Below, piece after piece: positions 18,961 to 31,233 of a DNA stretch of 64,000 nt. The notes under the pieces are model-generated. The model had not been told where the DNA came from. It worked only from the letters and a program-made list of their open reading frames with translations, and did not search any database. Source of the stretch: TPA_inf: Saccharomyces (lineage: Eukaryota); contig BK006944.2 in NCBI GenBank assembly GCA_000146045.2, forward strand, positions 448,001 to 512,000. The letters run 5' to 3'. The stretch's first letter is position 1. The number at the start of each line of letters is the position of its first letter. The position numbers and the translations under genes were made by a program.

Positions 18961-20667
18961 TCAAGCGTTTATTTTGACTTTTCTAAATTTGGCTTTAAAA
19001 TCCCTAAATTTCACAGTTACGACATCCTTAAAGTGGATATCTGTTAAAATAGTTGACCCAAGTACTTCACTCTCCCCAGGCATTTTGTTGATGTTGTTAC
19101 TGCTCGCATTGTATTTCATTATACATTTTCTCTTGTCCTTTGTTCGCTGATTCCTTTCTCCATGAGGTGATATGTTGAGTTTAATCTTAAGGTATTCTCT
19201 CACTAGACCGTGCGCTTCCTCTTTATGGCAATTTTTGCATGATTTACTATTTTTATTATTACTATTATCATTTTTACTGGCGGAAGATGCTATTTTGGTC
19301 CTAGGTCTAACTACCTGATTTTTTGTATGTCTCTCCGAGTGCTTACCAGGTTCTTCGACCTGATTTTCGTCCATAACCATCTGATCTTTACAATATTTTT
19401 TCTCAAATGTCTGAGCCTTCTCCAATCCTAGCATTTGTTGCTCCTTTCTCCAAACTCTAGCACATCTTTCACTCATGTAAATTGGATCAATATCTTTCAT
19501 AGTGGTATTCCAAGATATGTTGTTTTGGTCATTATCTTGGGGTTCAGGTTGAAAGTACGCGTTTTCCATCGGTGTTCCTGCATTATCTTCACTTTCGCTT
19601 CTAGACTTTTGAGCTATTCCGTCGTTCGCAATTTTAGGTCTGTCGTTATTTTTCTCTTCATTGTCATCCTTTACTTTATCCACTTCTGTTACATAGCCTA
19701 TTACCACAGCAGCGCAGTTATTAAAAGTATTGACAACCCTATTAGCGAGAGGTGTTTTTATGATATTTTTCAATCCTGATGACGCTTCAACTTCAATACT
19801 ATCCATTTTTTTTCTCTCTATCATAATGTTCTCCTGTTCCTCACCTTGCATCCTCACCTTGGCTTCTTCTTCTCTCCGTTTTTTCCTTTCCTCGTGTTCC
19901 TTGTAAGGTCTCATGTCAACATAGAATTTTTCTGGTTCTAAAGTCCAAATAAGATTAGGAAGGTCTTTATCTTTAAGCTCTTTGATACTCAAGTTTTTTT
20001 TGTTCAAGTTCTGCGGATCACACGCTGCTGTAGCGTTGAATCTGTAAACTCTGACGTTGGAAATTTTGGTAAGTTGGGAAAAATTTGAGATAGTAGTGAT
20101 TTTATTGCTTTTCATTAATGGTTGTGGAATGTAAATATCACCGAGGTATTTCTTCTTTTTATATCGTCTTTCGACAAAACCTTCTGAATAAACAACCTTG
20201 TGAAGGATGCTCCAATCATCTTCCTTTACCGGGGCCATATCAAGAATCACCTTTTTTACCTTTTCAACTATATAATATTGATGATAATAGGTCCATTGTT
20301 TATGAATAAATATAAAGGCCCTGTTCAATGGATGCAACGGATCCAGTTCATCTAGGCAATCCTCTACCGGACAATCGAATTCCACAACTAAAACAGCAGG
20401 GCTACGCCTGACTAAGGGCCCAATTTCCATAATCTGTCTTAAAGAAATAACCATAGTATAAAATCTGTGAATCATATTTTTAGATTCTCTGAAATCTTCC
20501 ACATTCAAGTTCTCGAATATCATAAATTCCCTCCCCAGATCCTTAAGCATTTGAAGCCGATCTTTCAAACTTCGACAGCCTTCAAATTGTTGCAATAGAA
20601 GAACATACTTTCCAAAGGAAGAGTTGATTTCAGTAAGAGCCTCATATCCAGAATAGTCCAGAAACAT
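18961..20667 (-). CDS. Uncharacterised protein YKR015C, 568 aa
   Basis: 568-aa ORF of the expected length and position. Confidence 0.8.
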   Translation of the reverse strand: MFLDYSGYEALTEINSSFGKYVLLLQQFEGCRSLKDRLQMLKDLGREFMIFENLNVEDFRESKNMIHRFYTMVISLRQIMEIGPLVRRSPAVLVVEFDCPVEDCLDELDPLHPLNRAFIFIHKQWTYYHQYYIVEKVKKVILDMAPVKEDDWSILHKVVYSEGFVERRYKKKKYLGDIYIPQPLMKSNKITTISNFSQLTKISNVRVYRFNATAACDPQNLNKKNLSIKELKDKDLPNLIWTLEPEKFYVDMRPYKEHEERKKRREEEAKVRMQGEEQENIMIERKKMDSIEVEASSGLKNIIKTPLANRVVNTFNNCAAVVIGYVTEVDKVKDDNEEKNNDRPKIANDGIAQKSRSESEDNAGTPMENAYFQPEPQDNDQNNISWNTTMKDIDPIYMSERCARVWRKEQQMLGLEKAQTFEKKYCKDQMVMDENQVEEPGKHSERHTKNQVVRPRTKIASSASKNDNSNNKNSKSCKNCHKEEAHGLVREYLKIKLNISPHGERNQRTKDKRKCIMKYNASSNNINKMPGESEVLGSTILTDIHFKDVVTVKFRDFKAKFRKVKINA

Positions 20668-21716
20668 AGCTAAAAAAAAATCTCGTCAATTTTTTTTTTA
20701 ACTATTCGAGACCTTACCGAGTAATCACTTTAAAACAAAAAATAAATAAATTTATGGACTATTTTCAGTGACTGATATGCCAAATTCCTTTGCCCTGTAT
20801 GGCCATATTTTCTTACCATTTCTGTGGTGACAAAGGTGATGCAATTACTGACACAACAAGGTAAAAAAGAGAGGCGGGTAACAAATTACACACGTCCATC
20901 ATCCGCTAAGCGCTTTAAGCTTATAGAGAGGCAAGTAACGTCATTGATCCTGGATGACAAACGTCTTTTACTCTTTTTTTGGGTCCTTCTCATGGTTTCA
21001 GTGTCTGACGAAAACAAAGAAATATCATACATTTCAATAGAGATCGAAATACATATCCGCACAGCATCCAATATAACCAATACATTTCTTTTTATCAACT
21101 ACTTGATATGATTCCGTTTACTATAAGGCCAGGCAAATCAAAATACGCTCAAGATCTCTTATCAGTTTCCGGAGGTAATTTTCTTGCATTTCCATCTTCA
21201 CGCAATCGTCCGGGCACATAATACAATATATGCTATACATCAAACACGGAGCGTGGAACATGTTCCAGCTCAAAAACAGTTAGCAAGTCTATTTTCGTAC
21301 GTTCCGTAACCATTCTTATGACAATAGCATACAACAAAGTTTTCATAATATTTTGTAAGATTCATATACTTCTTACAGAAAAAAGAGAAATAAATATTGC
21401 AAAAAACTAACAACAGAAGAAACTACTTGCAAAATAGTGATTCATCAAATGGCTTCTTATAGTACGTAGTCGGCAAAGAACCAATGCATCATAGCAGTGG
21501 ACAAGCAGAATTGAATCACTTTAGACGTGTAGCAGACTCATTGAACCAATAAAATTCTAAGACGGATTTCTGTGCGGAATCGGAATTAAGGGTTGTCAAA
21601 AAAGTGAAAAATAATCTGAAATTAAAAACTGTTCTTATTCTCGAGGAAGCTATTCACAGTAAAGGAACACAAAAGGCATAAGAACGCATTGAAAAGTCTA
21701 AAAAACTAATATTCGT

Positions 21717-23339
21717 ATGATGCTAAGAACTACTGCCTCACGAAAAATTGTGCTAAGGAGGGGTCTAGCCAGCATAAACACAGGGACTACCGTTGCATCA
21801 AAAAAGGCTTCGCACAAATTTCGCAATACCCTTTGGACTATTGCTTTGTCAGCGACAGCTTTCTACGCTGGAGGTATCATATATTCGCAAAAAAATGACA
21901 AATTTGGTGACTTTTTCTCTAATAACGTTCCTTTTGCCGAGGATTTACTAGAAACATATGAACACTATCACGATAGGCCAACATTGTTTTTAGAAGATTC
22001 TTGGGACGGCTTGAAGGCAAAGAGCAATGATTTATTATCTGGATTAACTGGTAGTTCACAAACGCGCAGATCTAATAGGGAAAATATTGAAGTAAAAAAA
22101 ATCTTATCATTAGAACCACTAAATATTGAAACAGAAAATTCTGATCCGCAACTGAAAGAAATCATTGGCTCTTTGAATGATCTCATCAACAGTCTAAATG
22201 ACTCAAACCTCTCCATCCCCGAATCAGAATTCAATTCAATCAAAAAATCTAACCAGAATATGCTTACGAATCTATCCCAATTAAATGAAACGTTAAAAGA
22301 GGCTTTATCCAATTACATGATACAAAGAACATCAGAAGTAATCACGGAATTGAACACACAATATGAAAACTCGAAAAGGGAGTTTGAAAAGAATCTTCAA
22401 AAAAACCTATTACAAGAAGTAGACGAATTCAAAGAAAACTTGACCAAGCAAAAGGACAAAGAACTAGAAGAAAAATTAAAGGCGAACGAAGAATTGTTAC
22501 AAGCCAAACATGCAAATGAAGTGGGCTTACTATCCATCACTCAAGTCAAAGAATTTAATAAAATTATCAAAGACAAAATTGAGAAGGAAAGAAATGGCAG
22601 ATTAGCCCATTTAGAGGAAATAAATTCTGAAGTTAACGACCTCAGCAAATCCATCGACAGATCGAGCAAAATCTTAAGTAAAAACGAGGCTCTAGTGCAA
22701 TTAACTTTCCAAGTAGATGAGATCAAATCTAGGATTAACAACAATAACTTACCCGATGTGAATATCGACAAGGAACTATCCAGATTGAAACTTCTTTCCA
22801 ATCTTCTCTCTACCTTCAACAAAAAATCTTGTTGCGACGATGGCGACTGCTGCTCCTGCAAAAAGGGTAATAAGAATGAAGGCAAGGAAGGGAAGATATC
22901 ATGCAAATGCAAACCAAAGACAAACCCTCCATCGCTATTAAGCGTAGCTTTAGATGAATTAGAATCCACATGTAGCGGTAAAAAAATCTTATCGAATGAG
23001 CAGATCTATAACAGGTGGAACTTACTGGCAGATGACTTTAAGACAGCCTCTTTATTGCCACCAAATTCCGGTATTTTGGGGCAATTAACCGCCAAAGTTT
23101 TTTCCCTTTTCTTATTCACAAAGACAGGTAATCCTTCAAATGCCACGGATTTCGATTCTGTTTATGCAAGAGTCGGCGATAACTTGAGGGTATCCAACCT
23201 CAACGATGCTGTAGAAGAGGTTGTCTCCCTAAAGGGTTGGCCTCATAAAGTTTGCGAAAGCTGGATCGAAGATGCTAGAAGAAAATTAGAAGTCCAGCGC
23301 CTGGTAGAGATTCTTGACTGTGAAATAAGGACGTTGTGA
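21717..23339 (+). CDS. MIC60: Mitofilin / MICOS core subunit, 540 aa: N-terminal presequence, TM segment, coiled coil, C-terminal mitofilin domain
   Basis: 540-aa [22 protein letters not shown] looks like a mitochondrial targeting sequence. TM stretch [17 protein letters not shown]. Long coiled-coil region. Confidence 0.88.
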   Translation: MMLRTTASRKIVLRRGLASINTGTTVASKKASHKFRNTLWTIALSATAFYAGGIIYSQKNDKFGDFFSNNVPFAEDLLETYEHYHDRPTLFLEDSWDGLKAKSNDLLSGLTGSSQTRRSNRENIEVKKILSLEPLNIETENSDPQLKEIIGSLNDLINSLNDSNLSIPESEFNSIKKSNQNMLTNLSQLNETLKEALSNYMIQRTSEVITELNTQYENSKREFEKNLQKNLLQEVDEFKENLTKQKDKELEEKLKANEELLQAKHANEVGLLSITQVKEFNKIIKDKIEKERNGRLAHLEEINSEVNDLSKSIDRSSKILSKNEALVQLTFQVDEIKSRINNNNLPDVNIDKELSRLKLLSNLLSTFNKKSCCDDGDCCSCKKGNKNEGKEGKISCKCKPKTNPPSLLSVALDELESTCSGKKILSNEQIYNRWNLLADDFKTASLLPPNSGILGQLTAKVFSLFLFTKTGNPSNATDFDSVYARVGDNLRVSNLNDAVEEVVSLKGWPHKVCESWIEDARRKLEVQRLVEILDCEIRTL

Positions 23340-23693
23340 AAGAATAATACAAAGAGAAAAGAGATGTACGTCATTACACCTCAATTTCCACTTTGTTTAG
23401 GAGGCTTTAATAAAGAAGAACTAAATACCTAAAATGTAAGTTAGCTGTTACTCGTCATTTCCGATTCAAAGAATTTTGAAATCTTTTTAAAACAATATAA
23501 CTTTGTAGGAATTGGAACAACAATGTGTATATAAATAGTATTTCAACGACAAATACAGGTTCAAATAAATAAAAAAATACGAAAATATACAAAAATGCAA
23601 CAACGTTTAAACTCCAAAATAACCAAACATCCCGCAGTACAAAAAACATGAATAAAACAACAGAATAACCAAAACAATACTAAAACAAAACAT

Positions 23694-25349
23694 TCATTCT
23701 GCAGCTTTGCAAATTCCCTTACATAGCAGTTCTCTACCGCATTCCATTAATGCAGTGGTTCTATTTTCCACATATCCGGCCTTATTATAAAACTCTGGTC
23801 TTCGTTTCATGATCACTTCGGGGGTTTTTATTTGCAATAGCTCCGATAGCGATTCCACTGCGTTGGCTAAGAGCATTTGGTTATCAACGAAAATCTTCGT
23901 CAAATTATGAGATGCATCCGAGTAATATGCCACGGCAAATGACCATTTTAATACGGTTCGTCCCTCATTCAACACTTTTAAACTTTCTGATAGGAACTGT
24001 CCATCAATCCATGAGATACCTATTCTTTCTTGTAGTGCATGAACTTTCGTGCCCAAAGTTTGCCCCAGGTTCCAATCAAGCTTGGCTGAAACTTCATGTT
24101 CGTTAAACAATCTATAGTAGAAAGTGTATTTCTTCAAGGTTTTATTAGCGTCTTGAGGGTTCTTACTTTTATTATCCTCATTATTCTTATACATTGTACA
24201 TTGAAAAAAGTTCTTACCGTGGGGCGCCCAGGGGCCCTCACAAATCCAACAGAATTCGTATTTACAACTTGAGCAAACCATGTGGTTGCAGCCACCATTT
24301 TTTTCAATATTAACAGAACATTTTGGACATTCTTTAGTGTGGGACAAGACCCAATTCAAAATTTCTGATTCTTTTCTGGCTTTTTTAACCCAAGCAGTGG
24401 TTATTTTACAATCTGCTGGGGAATGAACTTCGAATCCGCAATTGAAACAGAATCTATGAAATGAATTACACTTAACGAAAGGTGAATAATGCAAACGGGT
24501 ATATTCTGGTAATGATGACGTATCTCGCAAGTGCACGATGGATTTACAGTCAGCAAACGGGCACCATTTATAGTTACGATTATGTTTTTGAACAAAACTT
24601 TTGATTGAAGAATCCATCAACTTACTACTCGAAGGATGTCCCATCACTTTATCTATATCTTCATTTTTCAATGCCAGGGAACAGTCCATGCATGTAATGA
24701 TGTTCCCCTCATGCAACTTATCCTTGATGTAATGACGGTAGCAATTGATACAATATTCATGGCCACATTCCAACGCAAATGTTTCCGTATCCTTTTTATC
24801 ACAACAAATAATACATGTAAAGTCATTTTTGAATTCAACTTCTCTGAAATGTGAATTATAATCATTATCTTTCTTGATATTTGCTGTGGTACTTAAGCCA
24901 AGCTCCACAAGCAATTCGTCCATTTTTTCGGTCCAAACTTCTAGCAAACGTTCCTCGTTCCAATCATAATGCTGTAGTAATATCAATATATCCGCAGATG
25001 GAATTGCAAAAATAGGTTGTAAATGGTCAACCCTTTGAAGCATTCTTTCAAATATACCCTTGGTGGTTAAGCATTCATAACTGAGATTCGGTACACTCCC
25101 TTCACACAGTATTCTTTTGTTGTTTTTCGTAAGAGGAGCATCTAGCATCCCCTCATATATGGTATCGACTCCATCTTCATCTTCATTGATGTCAAATTCT
25201 GAATCTTGGCTTGTTACACTAATTAACTTCGGGAAAACTAGTCCATGTATAGTAAATTCAGATGTATTGTGAGATTCATAAAGTTCAATAGAGCTGGAAT
25301 CACTTTCATCAAAACTATAAAATTGATCATTTTCGGTACCACTACTCAT
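23694..25349 (-). CDS. HEL1: RBR (RING1-IBR-RING2) E3 ubiquitin ligase, 551 aa
   Basis: 551-aa ORF. Three Cys/His clusters (CIICCDKK...CGHEYCINC; CPFADCKS...; CPKCSVNIEKNGGCNHMVC) typical of RBR ligases. Confidence 0.85.
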   Translation of the reverse strand: MSSGTENDQFYSFDESDSSSIELYESHNTSEFTIHGLVFPKLISVTSQDSEFDINEDEDGVDTIYEGMLDAPLTKNNKRILCEGSVPNLSYECLTTKGIFERMLQRVDHLQPIFAIPSADILILLQHYDWNEERLLEVWTEKMDELLVELGLSTTANIKKDNDYNSHFREVEFKNDFTCIICCDKKDTETFALECGHEYCINCYRHYIKDKLHEGNIITCMDCSLALKNEDIDKVMGHPSSSKLMDSSIKSFVQKHNRNYKWCPFADCKSIVHLRDTSSLPEYTRLHYSPFVKCNSFHRFCFNCGFEVHSPADCKITTAWVKKARKESEILNWVLSHTKECPKCSVNIEKNGGCNHMVCSSCKYEFCWICEGPWAPHGKNFFQCTMYKNNEDNKSKNPQDANKTLKKYTFYYRLFNEHEVSAKLDWNLGQTLGTKVHALQERIGISWIDGQFLSESLKVLNEGRTVLKWSFAVAYYSDASHNLTKIFVDNQMLLANAVESLSELLQIKTPEVIMKRRPEFYNKAGYVENRTTALMECGRELLCKGICKAAE

Positions 25350-25722
25350 TGTTAAAAGCCTCTAACAAGTACACCCAAATTCGCTAAAGACAAATTAAAT
25401 ATACTTAAAGAATGGCTATAATTCCTGTATAGTAGCTGGGATAGTAACAAATCAATACAAATGTAGCTACCTTAAAACTAAGGCAGTACTCACAGCATTC
25501 TTCACCTTCCTCTCCTCTTTTCTAAAGCGGGTTCCTATTTTTTGCGCAAGGAGGAAGGACGATGGCACTGAGAAAGCATCAAATCGTATGTAATTAAACT
25601 ACGCAAGGTATGTACGGTCAATAAGTATAGCTTAGCGCTTTAAAATTAGGTGGGACATTAGGAAAACTAATAGGGGAAAATATTTCTTAAAAAAAAGGGC
25701 ATGAGGGCTGATCAAAACTTGA

Positions 25723-27900
25723 TTACAATGAATGGTCAACGCGGTCAATGGCAGCCTTAATTTTCATACCTACTCTCGTACTCAATTCATAATCATCTGC
25801 GTAGCCCTGAGCCCTCAGTAACCATTCTTTACTCTCTGGAAGGCCATCCATGCCCTCCAACTTCCATGTAAATAGAGCACGTTCATAAAGTGCAGTCGGA
25901 TAGGCCCATGGATCTTCAGTTTTCTTTATATATTTGACCTTGCCATTTTGAATGGAGAAAAACTTAGGTAGAACCTTTTCATCCAATATATCACAACCTT
26001 CTTGGATATGACCTAATCTTCTTAATGTCAAAGAGACCAAGAGATCTTTGATTAACTCCTGATCTGAGTCTAAAGCTTCAATGGCGGGATTTCTATACTC
26101 AGTTAGCATTTTCTTTGTTAGCTCCAAATGCTCTTCAGACATTCTATTATAACCATTGTAGAAGTACGCAATTTCGTGTACTGGTGAAGTAGCGATACCA
26201 TCCAGAGGATTTTCCACCCCAAGTTCCTCCTTTTTCGCTTTAAATTGCTCAACTTTTCTCAGAATAAACCTATCTAATGGCAGGTTCTTCGATTTGAAGG
26301 TTTTCTTACCTAGCAAATTCACAGAGGTGAAGATAAGTTCTTCGGCCTTCTTTTGGTATTCATCCTTTTTGTCTGACTTCATTAATCCCATTTCGCACAT
26401 TCTCCAATTTTCTAAATAACAGCAGCCAGCAAAATATGTGTAAAAAGCGTGTGACCAATCACTGATGTCTAATAGCGATAAAATATCTTCTGCAGCTCTA
26501 TCGTATTGATGCAAATGGATCAATGTTATAGCACGGTCAAAAATCATCAAGGATTTGACCTGTCTCATCCGTATCTTGCTAACATCAATCGAATCCATCA
26601 ATGCGACTGCTTCCTCTAAACGCCCTTTACCAGATAGCATCCTTGCCTCATTCAATAACCATAGCGCACTATTGGGAAATAGCGCTCTTGATTGCAGCAA
26701 CGCATCTTCCAGTATTTTCCCAGGATGCAACAACGTAGGGCCATCCATCTCTTCATCTTCAGAATCTTCACTGTTACTGGAATCCTTAACTGCTGCAGGA
26801 ATATCAAAATCATCGTCAGTGAATTGGAAAGGTCCATCATAGTAAAACATCAGGGCTAACAAACCAATACAACCATGCACGTTTCTTTGCTTTGTGGCTT
26901 TCCAAACAAGTCTCAAACCTTCTTCTCTGGAACCCCTGAATCCAACCACAGATAGGACCGCGCCAATAGCGGGTGGTAATAGTGATATCACAACCTGTAA
27001 AATACCAAAGCATAAATTGACACCAGAATGGACAAACTCATCAATTGTTGCTTGACTTAAATCTATATCATCCGAAAGAACTTTATGATCTGTTATTTCC
27101 TCTTCTGGCAAGTCTTCCATTGCTTGTAGTCCTAGCTCACCTCTCAACCTGTTAATTGCAGGAGAGTTGCCAATGTGGGCGCCAGATAATCTTTCAGTCC
27201 TCATGCTATGAATTTGTTCAGCAAATTGTAAAAGATCCTTATCCTTTTGTTCTTCAGGAGTCAGTTCATAAGGTATATCAACGGAATTGAACGCATCGCC
27301 ACCAGTTATGAAAGTCGCTGGGGTGGACTCCTTATCTTCACTGCCTGACGTAATTTTCAATTTCTTGGCTTTGTTAGCAGCTTTAATAGTTTCCAAGATT
27401 TCTTGTAACATATAGTACGACTTTCTGAGCTTTAAAATGGCCTTGGCCGCCTCCATCATACTTTCACTGAAAATCATCAATAGGGCATGTAGAAGGCATG
27501 ATTCTGTATAAGTCACGGCATAAACTGTTCCTGGAGGATATAAAGAACTGCTCTTCAATCCAATTTTTTGAGCCCTCTCTCTACTTTTCAAAGATAAAGC
27601 TTCTGCCTTGGCCAAAGTCGCAGAAGCTTTTTTCATCTCTTCAGCTTCAAAACCTAAAGTGGCCTCCAAAAATTCAATGACACCACGAGCTAACGCATTT
27701 ATAGTTTGGTCGGAAGCTTCTTTAGCATCACTCTCATCCAGCAAAGCCAAACCCTCGTCAGCATTATCATCTAAGACATAGTCCATCGCACGCAGTGCCT
27801 GTTCGAAATCATGAGCTTGTTTTAGAATGGCTTTAGTTTTTTCTTCCTGTGAAAGCTCAGGAATCTCTTCCTTCGCACCAAAACCAAACACTTTAAACAT
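25723..27900 (-). CDS. YKR018C, paralog of IML2, 725 aa. The ORF is open 7 codons further upstream to 27921.
   Basis: 732-aa ORF. I recall the protein as 725 aa, which corresponds to the Met at MFKVFGFG. Confidence 0.75.
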   Translation of the reverse strand: MFKVFGFGAKEEIPELSQEEKTKAILKQAHDFEQALRAMDYVLDDNADEGLALLDESDAKEASDQTINALARGVIEFLEATLGFEAEEMKKASATLAKAEALSLKSRERAQKIGLKSSSLYPPGTVYAVTYTESCLLHALLMIFSESMMEAAKAILKLRKSYYMLQEILETIKAANKAKKLKITSGSEDKESTPATFITGGDAFNSVDIPYELTPEEQKDKDLLQFAEQIHSMRTERLSGAHIGNSPAINRLRGELGLQAMEDLPEEEITDHKVLSDDIDLSQATIDEFVHSGVNLCFGILQVVISLLPPAIGAVLSVVGFRGSREEGLRLVWKATKQRNVHGCIGLLALMFYYDGPFQFTDDDFDIPAAVKDSSNSEDSEDEEMDGPTLLHPGKILEDALLQSRALFPNSALWLLNEARMLSGKGRLEEAVALMDSIDVSKIRMRQVKSLMIFDRAITLIHLHQYDRAAEDILSLLDISDWSHAFYTYFAGCCYLENWRMCEMGLMKSDKKDEYQKKAEELIFTSVNLLGKKTFKSKNLPLDRFILRKVEQFKAKKEELGVENPLDGIATSPVHEIAYFYNGYNRMSEEHLELTKKMLTEYRNPAIEALDSDQELIKDLLVSLTLRRLGHIQEGCDILDEKVLPKFFSIQNGKVKYIKKTEDPWAYPTALYERALFTWKLEGMDGLPESKEWLLRAQGYADDYELSTRVGMKIKAAIDRVDHSL

Positions 27901-28215
27901 TTTGGTTGTTCTGTGATCCACTAGTCACAATTAGCCTGTGGATCGTCTCAGTGGTGGCATCCGAATAAACGATGCCTCTTTTTTAGTTGATCGAATTTGC
28001 CCCCTTCCTTGGAAAAAAGGAAAGAAAGCAAAAAGCCGGGAATAATAATAACAGAGAAGACTAATAGACATTTTTTTAGTAAGATTGGCCTTATCTCGAA
28101 CAAGATTTCTGAGATGACAATTCGATTAGCTTAACAGTAACAAGTGGGGGAATTACGCATTATATATATATACTTCTGTATATGTCTACCTACGAAGTGG
28201 TGCGAGTCACACTCG

Positions 28216-30063
28216 TCACGACGAGCTATTGTGGTCTACAAGAACTACACGGTTTTCCTTCTTGATATTCTTGATTTCTTCTTTCATCTGTTTTCTCTTT
28301 TGTTTGGCCATCGCCTTTAGCGTACTCACTGGCACAACCGTGGTGGAAGCATATCTATCTACGCTATCCCAAACGCATTGCTCGACAACATTGGGAAGTT
28401 TTCTGCCATACAGGCACTGATCGACCAGCCACATACCCACAATAAAAGATTTCCTATCTAAAGTACCATCTTTTCTTGTGTCTACCTTCGTGTAAATTTC
28501 TGCCAATAGACTATTGGGCAAGTTAGACCGCTTCCAGATATCACGGACTATGATACCCAATATCAATCCATCTTCGGGTAAAGTATTAATTGCTCCGGAA
28601 TCACCCGTTATAGAGGGCCACCAGCTCAACAGGTTCAAATGACGGTGTCTGTTGCTTACCCACATGCTTTCGTAACGCTTCCTTTCGTTGTCTGTTACGA
28701 AAGTTATATCTGTATGTGATTTCCAGGGTTTATCCTCATTGAATTTCCGATCTCTCGTGCGGTGGATAGGCCTATGATGTGCAGTTTTATTGGCAGAATT
28801 CCTGATCTTTCTCTTAATTCTATCTCTTTTGCGTGGCTTGGTCAAGGCGTCCTGGTTCTGATCAGATTCAGAATCAGAATCAGTATCGTCATACACATCA
28901 TACGTGTCGTTGGACGGATTGTACTTATACCTCAGATTTCCCTCATGTAGAGAGGATGCATGATCATTTTCTGCGTTTGTACTTACAGAGGTTTTACGTA
29001 ATGTTGTTTTAAATCTCATACTCGGTTGTTGTTCATGTTGTCCCAGTTCTTCGCTGCTTGCATCCATTTCATATTGTGAAGATAAGTGCTTGGGCTTACT
29101 ACCAAATACTTTCCTTTTGAACTTGTTAACAAGCTTCTTCTTCCTCATATCGGATGAATAGTTCGGAACCAAGTTGGGCAAACCACTTCCCTGGTTGCTC
29201 GTTGTAGTAGTAGTGTTTGAGCTTGCAATAGATGGCTCTGATTCACATAACGAGAGTTGATTAATTGTTTGAGATAGACTTGTTTGTGACCTATTAGAAA
29301 TAACGTCTGAAGTGTCCGGATTGAGACTATGTCTGGAATCGATGCTAATTGATGATAGGTTTTCATTTTCATGAAGCTGACCACTGCCGACAAGTGATGA
29401 TTGCAAGGGAGGAGACGGCCTGCGTTTGGGCAGAGCTTTGTTGCTGTCTTTATTAGTTGCAGGCTCCATAGAGCTCGAGGATAGCCTTCTACCGCTACTA
29501 AAGGAAGTAAGTAAATTCTCTTGAGATCTATTGTCGGGAGTTCTTTGGCCAGGCGTCAGTGATTCATTGGAGCCGTTTCTTGAGCTTGAGCGTGAATGAA
29601 TGCCCAGCAAGCCATTCAAGTTCGGAGTTTCTAGAACTTTTAGTGTATCCAATGCCGAAGAATGGGAGGAGTTATTGTCAGAACTAAGTTTCGATTGTGA
29701 ATGCGCTAAAGCAGCTGCCATTTGAGCAGTACTACTAACATTATCTTTACCTGCAGGGCTTGACCTGTGTTTCTTAGACAACTCAACATCATTAGGCGCC
29801 GTTGTTTTAATCTTAGGTACCTGTTTTGTTCGTATGCGTGCCTTCTTTTGTTCTTGTTTCCGCCCTGACTTTTGTAGCGATGGCTCTGATAACCTAGTTT
29901 GAGGATTCCTGCTCACCGTTACTGGAGGGCATGGACTGCTGACCTCATTGGAATGGTTCTGGAAGATAGCTTGCGCAGCGCGAAGGGAATCTGAAGCTCC
30001 TTGTTCAGTCAAAGTTACTGTTGTACCGCCATGATAACGCTGTTTACCAAACGAAAGTCTCAT
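28216..30063 (-). CDS. IRS4: EH-domain protein regulating PI(4,5)P2 levels and autophagy, 615 aa
   Basis: 615-aa ORF. Ser-rich N-terminal region. C-terminal EH-like domain (W...ISGD..). Confidence 0.82.
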   Translation of the reverse strand: MRLSFGKQRYHGGTTVTLTEQGASDSLRAAQAIFQNHSNEVSSPCPPVTVSRNPQTRLSEPSLQKSGRKQEQKKARIRTKQVPKIKTTAPNDVELSKKHRSSPAGKDNVSSTAQMAAALAHSQSKLSSDNNSSHSSALDTLKVLETPNLNGLLGIHSRSSSRNGSNESLTPGQRTPDNRSQENLLTSFSSGRRLSSSSMEPATNKDSNKALPKRRPSPPLQSSLVGSGQLHENENLSSISIDSRHSLNPDTSDVISNRSQTSLSQTINQLSLCESEPSIASSNTTTTTSNQGSGLPNLVPNYSSDMRKKKLVNKFKRKVFGSKPKHLSSQYEMDASSEELGQHEQQPSMRFKTTLRKTSVSTNAENDHASSLHEGNLRYKYNPSNDTYDVYDDTDSDSESDQNQDALTKPRKRDRIKRKIRNSANKTAHHRPIHRTRDRKFNEDKPWKSHTDITFVTDNERKRYESMWVSNRHRHLNLLSWWPSITGDSGAINTLPEDGLILGIIVRDIWKRSNLPNSLLAEIYTKVDTRKDGTLDRKSFIVGMWLVDQCLYGRKLPNVVEQCVWDSVDRYASTTVVPVSTLKAMAKQKRKQMKEEIKNIKKENRVVLVDHNSSS

Positions 30064-30337
30064 ACTCCTCTGCTAATCTTTTCCTATGTCAAAAAAATGA
30101 ATCTACCCAGGCCTTAAAAGTATGTTCTACCTGTGCAACGAGAGTGTTGTTGTGGCAAGGGTCCATTACACAATGGGCCTTTTTGTGATGATTCAACTTC
30201 GATATGCTTTATACGAGAAATCATCGAATTTTCGCTGCGTGGAAACAAGAGGCAGTAAGTTGTACGTATAGGTGAGGCTCTGCATAGAAGAGGCGTATTT
30301 GCGGTGAGACGGAATCTGACGAGGATATTAAGTACAG

Positions 30338-30832
30338 ATGGCAGAACAAATTAGTCACAAAAAGTCCCTGAGGGTGAGCAGTCTGAACAAAGATAGAAGA
30401 TTGCTCTTAAGAGAATTCTACAACTTGGAAAATGAACCGAATAAAGGTCGTCAAGAAGCACGTATAGGGGAAAAAGCCAGCGAGGCTCATTCTGGGGAGG
30501 AGCAAGTCACAGATGTGAATATAGATACCGAAGCAAACACTGAGAAACCAGTGAAAGATGACGAATTGAGTGCAACTGAAGAGGATCTCAAGGAGGGGTC
30601 AGAAGATGCAGAAGAAGAGATAAAGAACCTGCCCTTTAAGAGGCTAGTACAAATTCACAATAAGCTCTTGGGCAAAGAAACCGAGACTAACAATTCTATC
30701 AAGAATACCATTTACGAAAACTATTATGACCTAATAAAAGTCAACGACCTTCTCAAAGAAATTACAAACGCCAATGAAGACCAAATTAACAAGTTGAAGC
30801 AAACAGTAGAATCTTTAATCAAGGAACTGTAA
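30338..30832 (+). CDS. VPS51: GARP complex subunit, 164 aa
   Basis: 164-aa ORF of the expected length and position. Confidence 0.85.
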
Positions 30833-31233
30833 TTTCCAGCGGCATATCGTGGCTTTCACCGAACACTTCCTTCGAGAGAGTGCATTTTACTATGTGAACC
30901 AATTTTTCCTCTTTTTCGGTTTGCAAGTTCACCTGAAAAACTGCTTAACACTACTAGCAATTGCCCTATTGTCGTACGAGGACTTTGCCAAATGTATTCC
31001 CGGCTGTTTGTAGTATATATACGCAGATATATAATAGCGCCGTCTTTTTACCTCTTTGAGCGAATTGCCAAATATTGACTCTTTTGTCTTATTTCGCTAT
31101 CCCCATCTTATCAAAAATGGGAACAACTCGTTGAAATAAGAGACAAGCAACAAGAAAGACAACCAACAGAAAGTTCCATTCCGCACAAATACGCTGGAAT
31201 CCCATAGAATATTGCTTGTTCCTCTATGACTAC

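Noticed and set aside
21440-21716. Possible small intron-containing gene (ATGGCTTCTTATAGTACGTAG with a GTACGT donor-like hexamer, AACTAAC/AACTAAT branch-like boxes before the MIC60 ATG)
   Set aside because: There is no canonical TACTAAC. The exon would encode only about 4 codons and then meets an in-frame TAG. More likely chance motifs in the MIC60 promoter.
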